A DNA stretch of 64,000 nt from IMG/VR virus record IMGVR_UViG_3300031088_000776; one strand, given 5' to 3'. The DNA comes from a virus. Lineage: Duplodnaviria > Heunggongvirae > Uroviricota > Caudoviricetes. A program made the position numbers and the translations under genes. Shown here in pieces: positions 55,857-64,000 of this stretch. The notes below the pieces were generated by a model that saw nothing but the letters and a program-made list of their open reading frames with translations, made no database searches and had not been told where the DNA came from. Position 1 is the stretch's first letter; every line of letters starts with the position of its first letter.

Positions 55857-57062
55857 TTACTGTTCATTAAGATGAGCAATAATTCTATCAGCTTCAGAAT
55901 AAGTTAGATTCTTGCGGCTGTCAACTTCACGACCAAGGAAGTCAGAGAGCCATTTTAGTGCTCTTGATTTCTCCCAATTGTAAATTCCAATAAATTCAAG
56001 CCCTGCGAAGATTTCTCCACGCTGGTAGTTAGTCATATTGTAAACAGTTGAACCGCTATTAGCTTTAGAGGTCATTGAGTCTGATGATTCAGTAGTTTTA
56101 GTATCATTGTCAACACTTGTTGAAACACTTTCAGAATCTTTCGTAGAATCCTTAACTGAATCTTCACTCTTAGTGGAGTAGATACCTGACTTCAACGGCG
56201 CATTAAGAACATCAATGATTTCATATTTGTCTGTGCGGCCCTTCTGAGCATCACAGTCTGTAGGAATACTGACTACGTTCGCAGGATGAATCTTTAGCAA
56301 GAATACGTTTCCATCGCGAGAGTGACCCTGAGCAAAGTTGAGAGTCGAGAAGTGCAAGCCTGGTCCACACCCTTGAGCGGGATCTGCAGTAACGTCAGAA
56401 CGCTTCATGAAGACTGTAGTCCCTACCTCATTTGGAATTTGCGAATTAACGTAATCAGTAACTTCACCGTTCTTTAGGACTGAAGAGTTACCTGACCAAC
56501 CTGAGTAGTGAACACCATCTTTAATGACTGGGCATCCCTTGTAAGCTAGGAAGTAACCATCATCAGTAATCGTGAATCCACCGTGAGCGGCCTGCATAGA
56601 AGCTAACCATGAGTACAGTTGATCACGGACGAATGGGTCAGTGTTCTGCTGTAAGTTTTCAACAAACTTAGCGAATGATGACCAAATCTTCTCGTCTCGA
56701 GGTGAAGAGTCGCTCTTGAACATTCTCGTAATGTGTGCGGAAAGGTGCTCGTTTAACTTCTCTCCATTGTAATATACTGAAGCGTCTTTAGTAGTAAAGA
56801 TACCGTTAGTAGGAGACTTCAATGCTTTGCGAACTCGAGCCTTAGTGTCGATTAGCTCAATAATCTCAGTCGCAATTCTGCTTTCTTCCTCGGGGGATTC
56901 GGCCTTATTGTATTCAGAGAATAATTCGCGAGCGCTACTGAATCTTTCTGAACCTTCTGAAACAGAGGCCCAACGCTGAACATTGTCTTCATCTTTAAAG
57001 AGTAGCTTAAGGGTTTTCTTCCCTGAAGTGTCTTTAGTAAAATTTGCTGTAACGATTTCCAT
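55857..57062 (-). CDS. hypothetical protein (401 aa)
   Basis: ORF with a Ser/Thr/Asp-rich middle segment and no confident motif. Confidence 0.5.
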   Translation of the reverse strand: MEIVTANFTKDTSGKKTLKLLFKDEDNVQRWASVSEGSERFSSARELFSEYNKAESPEEESRIATEIIELIDTKARVRKALKSPTNGIFTTKDASVYYNGEKLNEHLSAHITRMFKSDSSPRDEKIWSSFAKFVENLQQNTDPFVRDQLYSWLASMQAAHGGFTITDDGYFLAYKGCPVIKDGVHYSGWSGNSSVLKNGEVTDYVNSQIPNEVGTTVFMKRSDVTADPAQGCGPGLHFSTLNFAQGHSRDGNVFLLKIHPANVVSIPTDCDAQKGRTDKYEIIDVLNAPLKSGIYSTKSEDSVKDSTKDSESVSTSVDNDTKTTESSDSMTSKANSGSTVYNMTNYQRGEIFAGLEFIGIYNWEKSRALKWLSDFLGREVDSRKNLTYSEADRIIAHLNEQ

Positions 57063-57111
57063 TATTTCACTACTTTCTTGTTTGTAAGCTTACTTTTCTA
57101 TTTTACCAAAT

Positions 57112-59511
57112 TTATGCGCTGATTGATTTGACTCGATCAATGTAAACTGCCCTCATGCTACGCTTCAGTTCTTCATCTTGAACGTTAAGAGACTCAATAG
57201 AAAAATTGTTGTGGACTAAGAACATAGCTTTATTGAGAAGATCTTTTGTCTTCTTTGGGGCCTTCGATGACTTCAGAGTGTCCTTAAGTCCTCTAAAATT
57301 GTCATTGGTTAGCATATGGTACAAAGTATAATCAATTTCTCCGCTGTAATAGAGTTTTCTAAAGTTAAGATCAGGTGTTGAAGCCTTCATTTTACCCATC
57401 TCTGTTGGGAATAATGCTTCTAATTCATTTAGCTCTAGGCTTCTCTTGTAGCTTGAGAAGTAGTAAGTCATGATTAACTTGAATAGATTCTCAGGGTCAT
57501 TTTCGATCAACTTTGAAATTGCTCGACGCATATTAGCTTCGGGCTTCACAAGGTTTTTCTTAGCATATTCAGTAAGATAAACTCCACGAGGTGGCATTGT
57601 AGTGAATACGCACTTTTTACCTTTTGACTCTAATTCTTGAAGGTGGCTAGTCTTAAAATCATTGTAGTCAACGAATAGAACACAATCGCTCTCGACATCA
57701 ATTTTCTCTGAATTGTCAGCTCCGTTTGCAGCGTGCTCAATCTTGCAATCGCTACTCCGATAAACAATAACAGAATCAATCTCATTTAGACTATAAGTTT
57801 TCTTGAAAGCTTTAATGCCAATACTGTCTTTAGGGGATAACCAGCCTTTAATCAATCCACTATCTGCGCTTACAGAATTAGAACCTCTTGACTTCTTATT
57901 TTCGCGCTTATACTTTCGAGCCTCAGCAAGAAGATCTAGCATCGAAATAAACTCAATCTCACAGTCAAAGAGAACTCCCTTTGTAGAAATCAACTTAGGC
58001 ACTTCAAAACCTTCTTCAAGAATAATGAAAATGCTCTTACGCTTATCACCGCGAGAAGCTAGGAAACCGCGGCGGTGCTCATGCCAACCCTTAATAGTTT
58101 CGCTGCTAGCACCTGTTACGAAGAAGACATTATCAAAATCAGAACTTTCACCGCTTCTCGTAATGTTTTCATGGACGACAGAGCTATAAAAATCTTTTGG
58201 CTCGTGAGCATCGAAATTCTTTTCGAATTCCTTTGGTGAGCACTTCTCGATGTTGCATGTGTCTGAATATTCATAATTAACTTTATCTGAATTATTATTA
58301 GGAGAATTATGGCGTCTTCTAGCCACAATTGCTTCACGAACCCCTTTAGAATCAACAAGATTTCTAATAGTGTTGTAAATGCTTAGAGACTCGATTTTTT
58401 CTTTGTATGACTCATCAAATTTCAATACTGAATGAACAGTTCCAGATTGCGCAACTCTTCCGAAGTAAGATACACACATGTTCATAGCCTTAAGAGCTCT
58501 CTTCTCAAGAGATGTATTCATAGAGTCTACCGCCTTCAAGCAGTCAAACTTAAACTCAGGACCATTAATATAATCGTGAATCTTTCTATTTAGCTCTTCA
58601 CTGCGATTATCATGAGTAACTTCATCACGCGACGAGCTAAAGTTTACTACACCAGGCTTCAACTCAAATAGGATATTAGGCTCATCATTGTAGTAGTAGT
58701 TCCGATACTGTGAACCCTGTGAATAAACCCAGCCTCCAAGCCATAAAGCGGGGTTCAAGCGACTAATGTTCAATTCTGAGTTCATAAAGACTCGACCGTA
58801 AGTCTTTTCACCAGTCTTCTCGTCTTCATCAAGTAGTATCTCACCGATAGTGATCCAGTCCTTGGAGGCCTCGAAGCTATCTTCACCGTTGATGACAATT
58901 TCAAGGTCAAGTGAGTACTTCTGATACTTTTTAACAAGCTTCAGGAATTCTGAAGTGTCATCCTCTTTTACGGGGATAGAGACTTCAGTACCAGTAGAGT
59001 CATTCGTGGGACGATTCTTATAGACTACTTTAAGTTTGTAGCCAGCACTAGTATTGCTAAGAATGACAAGATTGGCTAGGCCGTCTTTAATAGATCGAAT
59101 ACTGAATTCAGTAGTGTAAGAGAGAGGCGCCTTGATACCTAGACCGTGCGAACCGATCTGAGTCATATCATCACCCTTATCGCTAGCACCGTAGTATCGG
59201 CAGTACTTAGTGAGAGAATCATAGTCCATACCAACACCGAAGTCACGAGTGATAAAAGTTCCCTGAATAGAGTCAAACTCTACCTGAATAGGCTTAGCAT
59301 TAGGTACTCTTACTGATGCGTCAATAGCATTAGAGATAGTTTCTCGAACTGTAGCTTCTTTAGGGTTCTTGTAAAGAAGAGTTAATCGGTCGATAATGTG
59401 ATTACGAGATTCCGAAAGTACATCCATATCAAATTCTTCAACAGGTTCAATAAGAGACTCTACAGTCTCCTTAGAAATTGTTGAATTATTTGATGATTTA
59501 GACAAAGCCAT
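57112..59511 (-). CDS. GHKL-superfamily (Hsp90/MORC-like) ATPase domain protein, about 800 aa
   Basis: N-box TISNAIDAS, G1 ITRDFGVGMD and G2 GSHGLGIKAPLS. GGAGGAG RBS lies before the ATG at 59511, which starts MALSKSS. Confidence 0.55.
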   Translation of the reverse strand: MALSKSSNNSTISKETVESLIEPVEEFDMDVLSESRNHIIDRLTLLYKNPKEATVRETISNAIDASVRVPNAKPIQVEFDSIQGTFITRDFGVGMDYDSLTKYCRYYGASDKGDDMTQIGSHGLGIKAPLSYTTEFSIRSIKDGLANLVILSNTSAGYKLKVVYKNRPTNDSTGTEVSIPVKEDDTSEFLKLVKKYQKYSLDLEIVINGEDSFEASKDWITIGEILLDEDEKTGEKTYGRVFMNSELNISRLNPALWLGGWVYSQGSQYRNYYYNDEPNILFELKPGVVNFSSSRDEVTHDNRSEELNRKIHDYINGPEFKFDCLKAVDSMNTSLEKRALKAMNMCVSYFGRVAQSGTVHSVLKFDESYKEKIESLSIYNTIRNLVDSKGVREAIVARRRHNSPNNNSDKVNYEYSDTCNIEKCSPKEFEKNFDAHEPKDFYSSVVHENITRSGESSDFDNVFFVTGASSETIKGWHEHRRGFLASRGDKRKSIFIILEEGFEVPKLISTKGVLFDCEIEFISMLDLLAEARKYKRENKKSRGSNSVSADSGLIKGWLSPKDSIGIKAFKKTYSLNEIDSVIVYRSSDCKIEHAANGADNSEKIDVESDCVLFVDYNDFKTSHLQELESKGKKCVFTTMPPRGVYLTEYAKKNLVKPEANMRRAISKLIENDPENLFKLIMTYYFSSYKRSLELNELEALFPTEMGKMKASTPDLNFRKLYYSGEIDYTLYHMLTNDNFRGLKDTLKSSKAPKKTKDLLNKAMFLVHNNFSIESLNVQDEELKRSMRAVYIDRVKSISA

Positions 59512-59885
59512 TTGTTCTCCTCCAAGATAGTAAATGTTCTTAAACATCCTATATGAAGAATTTAAAAGTTGCAAATCATTAATCAGAACTCTGTAAAGAA
59601 GACATTCTTAATAGTTTTATCTTCTACGTATTGCCTTAAAGAGTAAAACGCGAGGTAAAGATCATCTAAACAGCAAAAACGCTATCAATTAAAATTCAGT
59701 ATTCAGTTGCTATAGAAACGAAGAACTGATTTTAGAAAACTTTTTAAAAATTTTTAGAATTTTCATATTCAGGCTGTATCTCAGATGGTATATTGATTTT
59801 GCTCAATTCGATATTATTCCAAATTTTTAGTGCGGTGGCTCGCAAGGTCGCTAAACAAAGACTGTTTTAGCATAAGGAGTTTGTC

Positions 59886-60479
59886 ATGAACACCTCTATC
59901 TTTTCCGAATACAGCGACCTATACATGCGCCCATTCGAGCGTAATAATGACGCTATAAGTATTGCCCATATTTTACTTGACGAGAGAACCTGGTCGGGTG
60001 GTTTCGCAGACTCTTCTCGAACTCCAACTTCAATTGAAGACGCACTCGAGTTAGTTGATACTAGAAATGAAAACTCCACTATTTTTACTATTCTAAAAGC
60101 TTCAAGTAACACTATTGTTGGAAGTACTGGAGTAACAATGTGGGATCTTGAACGTGAGACAGCAAAAATTGGAAGAACTCTCATCAACCCTGACTTCTGG
60201 GGTCAAGGTGTCAATCATGAAATGAAGCTAATGTTCTTAGATCAGTTATTCATAAATAGCATTGGAAGAGTTGAATGCGATGTAGCGCCAACAAATGTCA
60301 ATAGTATGAGATCTCTTGAAAGATTTGGATTCACTTTTGAGGGTGTAAAGCGCCGGGCAGTGCAAAGACTCGACGGCACTTGGCGCGACACTGCAATTTT
60401 CTCTATGACAATAGAAGAATGGCCCTACAAGCGTGAACCGATTGTTGAAAGCTTAAAGTCAAAAATGAAGTCTTCGTAA
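59886..60479 (+). CDS. GNAT family N-acetyltransferase
   Basis: FWGQGVNHE (motif A-like) and SMRSLERFGFTFEGV (motif B-like). Confidence 0.65.
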   Translation: MNTSIFSEYSDLYMRPFERNNDAISIAHILLDERTWSGGFADSSRTPTSIEDALELVDTRNENSTIFTILKASSNTIVGSTGVTMWDLERETAKIGRTLINPDFWGQGVNHEMKLMFLDQLFINSIGRVECDVAPTNVNSMRSLERFGFTFEGVKRRAVQRLDGTWRDTAIFSMTIEEWPYKREPIVESLKSKMKSS

Positions 60480-60502
60480 AATTTAAGAATAAAAATAAAA
60501 TA

Positions 60503-60550
60503 AGAGGCGGTAGGAAAATACTCATTTTATTTCCTACCGCCTCTGCTTTT
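60503..60550 (+). terminator. intrinsic terminator
   Basis: agaggcggtaggaaa ... tttcctaccgcctct, then gctttt. Confidence 0.8.
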
Positions 60551-60612
60551 AAAGCATTTAGCTTAGCATAATTGAATTAGAAAACAATTAAAGTTTCTCT
60601 AAAGGAGTAAAT

Positions 60613-61695
60613 ATGGCGAAGTACCACATTAGCGAAGACGATCAAGTGCGAGCTTGCAAGGCAAAAATAAAATGCCCTCTAGGTGGAGAGGAAGAGCATT
60701 ATTCTGACAAGAAAGAGGCTTTAGAAAGTCTTGAAAAAATTATTGAAATGGAAATGTCTATTGCTGAAAAGAAACCACAGAAAAGAGCGCCACAGTTAAC
60801 TCAAGCTTTAAAGTCTAAAATGAAATATACAGGTGAAGAGCCAGAGTGGTTTAAAAGTATCAAAGAAGAGTCTTCAGAATTATTTGGAAAACCTTCAGAA
60901 ATTATTGACGAAATTGAGATTGAAGGTCGCCCTACTCTAGTCGTATGGAATAACGAGTCACTCCGCAAACAAGATCGCGGACCTCAGCGGTCAGGATACA
61001 GTGTAAGCAGACTTGAATATAGAGACAAAGAAACTGGAGAAGAGCAGGCCTATCTTAATACTATTTACTCTACAGACGAGTCTTCCGAAAGAGTTTTCAA
61101 AAATGACGAATTGACTCCAATACGCTATCTAGCTAATGAGAACTCCTACTTCTATAGCTATAAAGATGAAGATAAACTACGAAAACTTAAAAAACTTGAA
61201 GAAAACGATAAAGGGTCTGAAGAAACTTATAACGAAAAAATAAAACTATGGAAGTTAGGTACTTTTCATCTTCGAGCAGACTTAGGTAGACGCCCCATTG
61301 AAGGGTACAGCTTTGACGAAAAAGACATACCAAAAGACGAAAAAGATCTTGATAAAGACATTGAGAAAATTATCGAAGCAGGTAAAGTCAAATACGACGA
61401 GTATAGGTTAAGATCTAAGACTCCGGGCATTGATTACTCTAGAGTCTCAGATAAGTTAAGAGGCAAAGGATTAGGTGCTTCACTCTATATCTATACCGCA
61501 AAAAAGCTTGCTGAAAAAGATCTAGTTTTATCCTCTTCAACAAACCAAACTGAAGAAGCTTTAAAGGCTTGGCAGAGAATGGGAAAGGACACTAAAATCC
61601 CAATGAAAGTTGTAGTCACTAAATATGTTAACGATGGTTACTCGTCTAATCAAGAAAGGTTTGCTATAGATTTTAGGAAAGATAAGACTAAGTGA
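60613..61695 (+). CDS. N-module family protein, C-terminus possibly GNAT-like
   Basis: N-terminus MAKYHISEDDQVRACKAKIKCPLGGEEEHYS..EALESLE. In the C-terminus, LRGKGLGASLYIY resembles GNAT motif A (R/Q-x-x-G-x-G/A). Confidence 0.5.
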   Translation: MAKYHISEDDQVRACKAKIKCPLGGEEEHYSDKKEALESLEKIIEMEMSIAEKKPQKRAPQLTQALKSKMKYTGEEPEWFKSIKEESSELFGKPSEIIDEIEIEGRPTLVVWNNESLRKQDRGPQRSGYSVSRLEYRDKETGEEQAYLNTIYSTDESSERVFKNDELTPIRYLANENSYFYSYKDEDKLRKLKKLEENDKGSEETYNEKIKLWKLGTFHLRADLGRRPIEGYSFDEKDIPKDEKDLDKDIEKIIEAGKVKYDEYRLRSKTPGIDYSRVSDKLRGKGLGASLYIYTAKKLAEKDLVLSSSTNQTEEALKAWQRMGKDTKIPMKVVVTKYVNDGYSSNQERFAIDFRKDKTK

Positions 61696-61742
61696 TAGCG
61701 AACAAAAGTAACTCTCAAATAATTTAGGAAAATACTAGAAAA

Positions 61743-62813
61743 ATGGCAAAATACCACATCTCCAAAAATGGCGAAGCTAAAATTTGCACAGCTAAGAAAA
61801 GAGCCTGTCGATACGAGAGTGAAGAACACTTTGAATCTTATGAAGCAGCGCAATCAAAGTCTGAAGAAATACTTTCTAAAAGATTTGGGAATATTGAAAC
61901 TATTAAAAGAGATACATCAGTAAGAAATAATAAGGCTTCAAAGTCTCGAAGCAATGACAAAGCCTTTACTGTAAGTCAATTAACAAAAGATATTCAAAGT
62001 TTTGCAAAAAATACTCCTCCAAGAAGATTAAATAAGTCTTTTAAGCTTCCTGAGGTTGCGCAAATCAAGGCTGAACTATTAAAATTCAACAATTCTGGAG
62101 ACCACTATCTTGACGAGAAGACTTTGCGATTCTACGAAAATAAGATAAGTATTATGGCGACCTTCAAAGATTTCGATGACGCTCCAACCTTACTTTACAT
62201 TGACAAGAGAAGCGGGACACTTTCGATCCGAGACAATCTAGATGAGATTGATGAAAAAGAAGATGATGATCTTGTAGTAAGATATATAGAAACCAAACTC
62301 AGTGATGAAGAGCTAGAAGACCCTTATAAAATTTCTGAAAAGGTTGCTGATCTCATGGATGATGCTGATAGGATTAAAGACTGGGGCTCACAAGAAAGGG
62401 CTGTTGCTGCTGCATATCTATCTTATGAGCATTATAGAATTAACGAAGCTTTGAGGAACAATACAGCAAGCGATAGCTTAAAGAAATCTATAGAAAAACT
62501 TGAGAGACAGCACACTTTAAAAGAGGAGAAAGTTGTCTACAGAGGGTTGAGAAACTTAAGTGCAGATATTGCAGAAAGCTTATCAAATGGTTCATTTAAA
62601 GATGGTGGGTTATTATCGACCTCTACTAACCCAAAGACAGCATTAGGCTTCTCAGGCAATAAAAAAGACTCAATAATACTCAAAATAATACTCCCTAAAG
62701 GTACTGAATGCTGGAACATGAGTGATGATTCAGAGAATGAGATAATTCTGCCTCGAAACTTCGATCTTTCAAAAGCTCAAATTCTGAAACTTAACGAAAG
62801 ACTAGACGTGTAA
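61743..62813 (+). CDS. N-module family protein with a C-terminal ADP-ribosyltransferase domain (R-S-E class, C3/VIP2/Alt-like)
   Basis: N-terminus MAKYHISKNGEAKICTAKKRACRY..EHF..AAQ. The C-terminus has YLSYEHYRINEALRN, VVYRGL (Arg), LLSTSTN (STS) and ENEIILP (ExE). Confidence 0.65.
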   Translation: MAKYHISKNGEAKICTAKKRACRYESEEHFESYEAAQSKSEEILSKRFGNIETIKRDTSVRNNKASKSRSNDKAFTVSQLTKDIQSFAKNTPPRRLNKSFKLPEVAQIKAELLKFNNSGDHYLDEKTLRFYENKISIMATFKDFDDAPTLLYIDKRSGTLSIRDNLDEIDEKEDDDLVVRYIETKLSDEELEDPYKISEKVADLMDDADRIKDWGSQERAVAAAYLSYEHYRINEALRNNTASDSLKKSIEKLERQHTLKEEKVVYRGLRNLSADIAESLSNGSFKDGGLLSTSTNPKTALGFSGNKKDSIILKIILPKGTECWNMSDDSENEIILPRNFDLSKAQILKLNERLDV

Positions 62814-62825
62814 TTTGCTTGTTCT

Positions 62826-62990
62826 AAGGTTGAGCCTAAGCGGTCTATAGAGTCGAAAATACTGCTTAGGGTATAGTCATACAGTAGACAGCATTTTCCG
62901 TTAAAACTGTCATTTTACAGCAAAAGACCACCTAGTTTGCCGTGATAGGCTCGGGTCTAACTAGGTGGTCTTAGTAGCGCAGTTTTCGCT
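62826..62990 (+). repeat. family A composite repeat, copy A5 (loop inverted; terminator-like on the - strand)
   Basis: gagcctaagcggtctatagagtc ... ttagggtatagtcatacagtagacag ... gaccacctagtt tgccgtgataggctcgggtct aactaggtggtc ttagtagcgcagttttcgctac. Confidence 0.8.
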
Positions 62991-63028
62991 ACATTATAGA
63001 ATCAGTATTTTCAACTTCTATTCAGTCT

Positions 63029-63439
63029 TTAAAATAATTCAAGCGTAAAGAAAATATAACCTAATTTACCCCATACAATCAGATATGCTATAGTAAGAGG
63101 CAATTCAATTGCTAAAAAATTTTTAAAATTATTACTATAAACATCACCTTTTATTAAAGTCTTTTTGTTTTTTGATGAAACCCAAAAATTCAGAAATAAG
63201 AAGAAGATTATAATAGCTAAAATATTCCATAAATCAAAACCATAAAAAGGAGACAATAATGTCACATATATAAATCCTATAAAAGTTAGAATAAGGGATC
63301 TATTCTGATTCTTAGATTCCCAACTCAATCTTCTTTCTTCGCCAAGTTGGCTAAAAATAGAAACATTATGAAAGTTCCTCCAAAAAATTGTAAAAGTGAA
63401 GGATAGAATCAGTAAACTTGCAGATATTATGTTTAACAC
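63029..63439 (-). CDS. small polytopic membrane protein (immunity- or holin-like)
   Basis: 136 aa with four TM helices. It overlaps the upstream Gly-rich gene by 7 bp. Confidence 0.4.
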   Translation of the reverse strand: MLNIISASLLILSFTFTIFWRNFHNVSIFSQLGEERRLSWESKNQNRSLILTFIGFIYVTLLSPFYGFDLWNILAIIIFFLFLNFWVSSKNKKTLIKGDVYSNNFKNFLAIELPLTIAYLIVWGKLGYIFFTLELF

Positions 63440-63915
63440 TCGTCTTTGCCTTTCGTTGATAGATAACCTACTCTATCTAAAGCGAAGCCTGATGATTGAG
63501 TAGAGCTATAAGCTATTTTTTGATTTAAATTTTTAGCTCTTAATACTGCATCTTCGATTGAATTTGATCTTGTCTTAGAGTAATTAATTGTTGAGTTATA
63601 CATACCATCAAAATATTTCCTGCCAGGACCTACAAAAGGTATTGCTGATACAGTTGTAGAGGCTATTCCCCATCCACATGTTGCGTCTAAATTGTTAAGA
63701 CAGTTACCGATTGTAGCGCCAGCGCCTGAGGCTAAACTAGCGAATCCCATTACTCCTGCTACTGCTCCAGTAAAAGGGGCTGTTATTGGTACAAATACAG
63801 CGACTGTAGCACTTGCTGCTGCTATACCTCCAGTAATAGTACTTAACTTACCAAGAACTTCAATTGTATTTTCATCTGTTATAAAGTTTTTCACTCTATT
63901 TCCTAGCTCTCCCAT
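63433..63915 (-). CDS. Gly/Ala-rich membrane-active protein with a possible double-glycine leader (bacteriocin-like)
   Basis: N-terminus ...NTIEVLGKLSTITGG is followed by a GxxxG-rich hydrophobic segment (IAAASATVAVFVPITAPFTGAVAGVMGFASLASGAGATIG) and a C.....C pair. Confidence 0.3.
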   Translation of the reverse strand: MGELGNRVKNFITDENTIEVLGKLSTITGGIAAASATVAVFVPITAPFTGAVAGVMGFASLASGAGATIGNCLNNLDATCGWGIASTTVSAIPFVGPGRKYFDGMYNSTINYSKTRSNSIEDAVLRAKNLNQKIAYSSTQSSGFALDRVGYLSTKGKDEC

Positions 63916-64000
63916 GAGAATAATCCTAGTGGAAGTATTAAGTCAAGAATAGTTTAATAATAAAATAAGTTACTATGTATATTTTTGACAAACTTCACAT

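Noticed and set aside
271-62990. Possibility that the family A repeats form a CRISPR array
   Set aside because: The copies are 15-30 kb apart, occur in both orientations, are about 150 bp long and have a composite structure. They are not short regularly spaced direct repeats with spacers.
1-64000. Integrase, transposase, rRNA or structural-module genes
   Set aside because: No motif for tyrosine or serine recombinases, DDE transposases, capsid or terminase genes, or rRNA was recognised in any frame of this window.

Overview
This 64-kb window is AT-rich, gene-dense and almost entirely coding. Its content is what one expects from a large virulent phage, or a phage-like element, of a low-GC Gram-positive host. 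The phage assignment is an inference from gene content; no structural or packaging genes lie in the window.

Recognisable gene groups:
- DNA replication and recombination: DnaB-type helicase, a bacterial-type RecA, a RecG-like SF2 helicase, a beta-clamp-like protein, a ClpA/B-like AAA+ ATPase, and a MoxR ATPase with a VWA partner.
- Nucleotide metabolism: class Ib RNR alpha subunit NrdE, two tandem dCMP deaminase copies (one frameshifted), two T4 gp1-like dNMP kinases, and a HAD 5'-deoxynucleotidase.
- RNA and NAD-linked enzymes: a YpsA (SLOG-family, DUF1273) - Tpt1/KptA operon and an ATP-dependent RNA ligase.
- Sugar-nucleotide enzymes: RmlC-like and SDR epimerases, an RfbF-like cytidylyltransferase, and a possible GT-A glycosyltransferase.
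- Cell-envelope enzymes: a class A PBP with a PASTA domain, a DsbA-like oxidoreductase and an SPFH-like membrane protein.

Features that stand out:
1. Five proteins share a roughly 45-aa N-terminal Cys/His module (KYH[VI]ND...C...C.FG...HY...EA..AYE). It is fused to different C-terminal effector domains: an ADP-ribosyltransferase, a zeta-toxin-like P-loop kinase, a GNAT-like domain, a coiled coil, and one of unknown function.
2. Four and a half paralogs combine multiple zinc-ribbon repeats with a C-terminal Vsr/DUF559-like endonuclease domain. They behave like mobile homing-endonuclease cassettes. One cassette, which also carries a small GIY-YIG gene, is bounded by perfect 41-bp inverted repeats. 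Another pair splits a MoxR-VWA gene pair.
3. A canonical tRNA carries a CUA (amber-suppressor) anticodon.
4. Two interspersed repeat families are present. Family A is a composite terminator-like hairpin element in five copies, whose 21-nt loop occurs in both orientations. Family B has three copies with compensatory base changes, consistent with a structured RNA.
5. An 837-bp C-rich region with no ORF may encode a large ncRNA.

No rRNA, CRISPR array, integrase or transposase was recognised. All calls rest on motif-level reading of the ORF translations and on sequence patterns.
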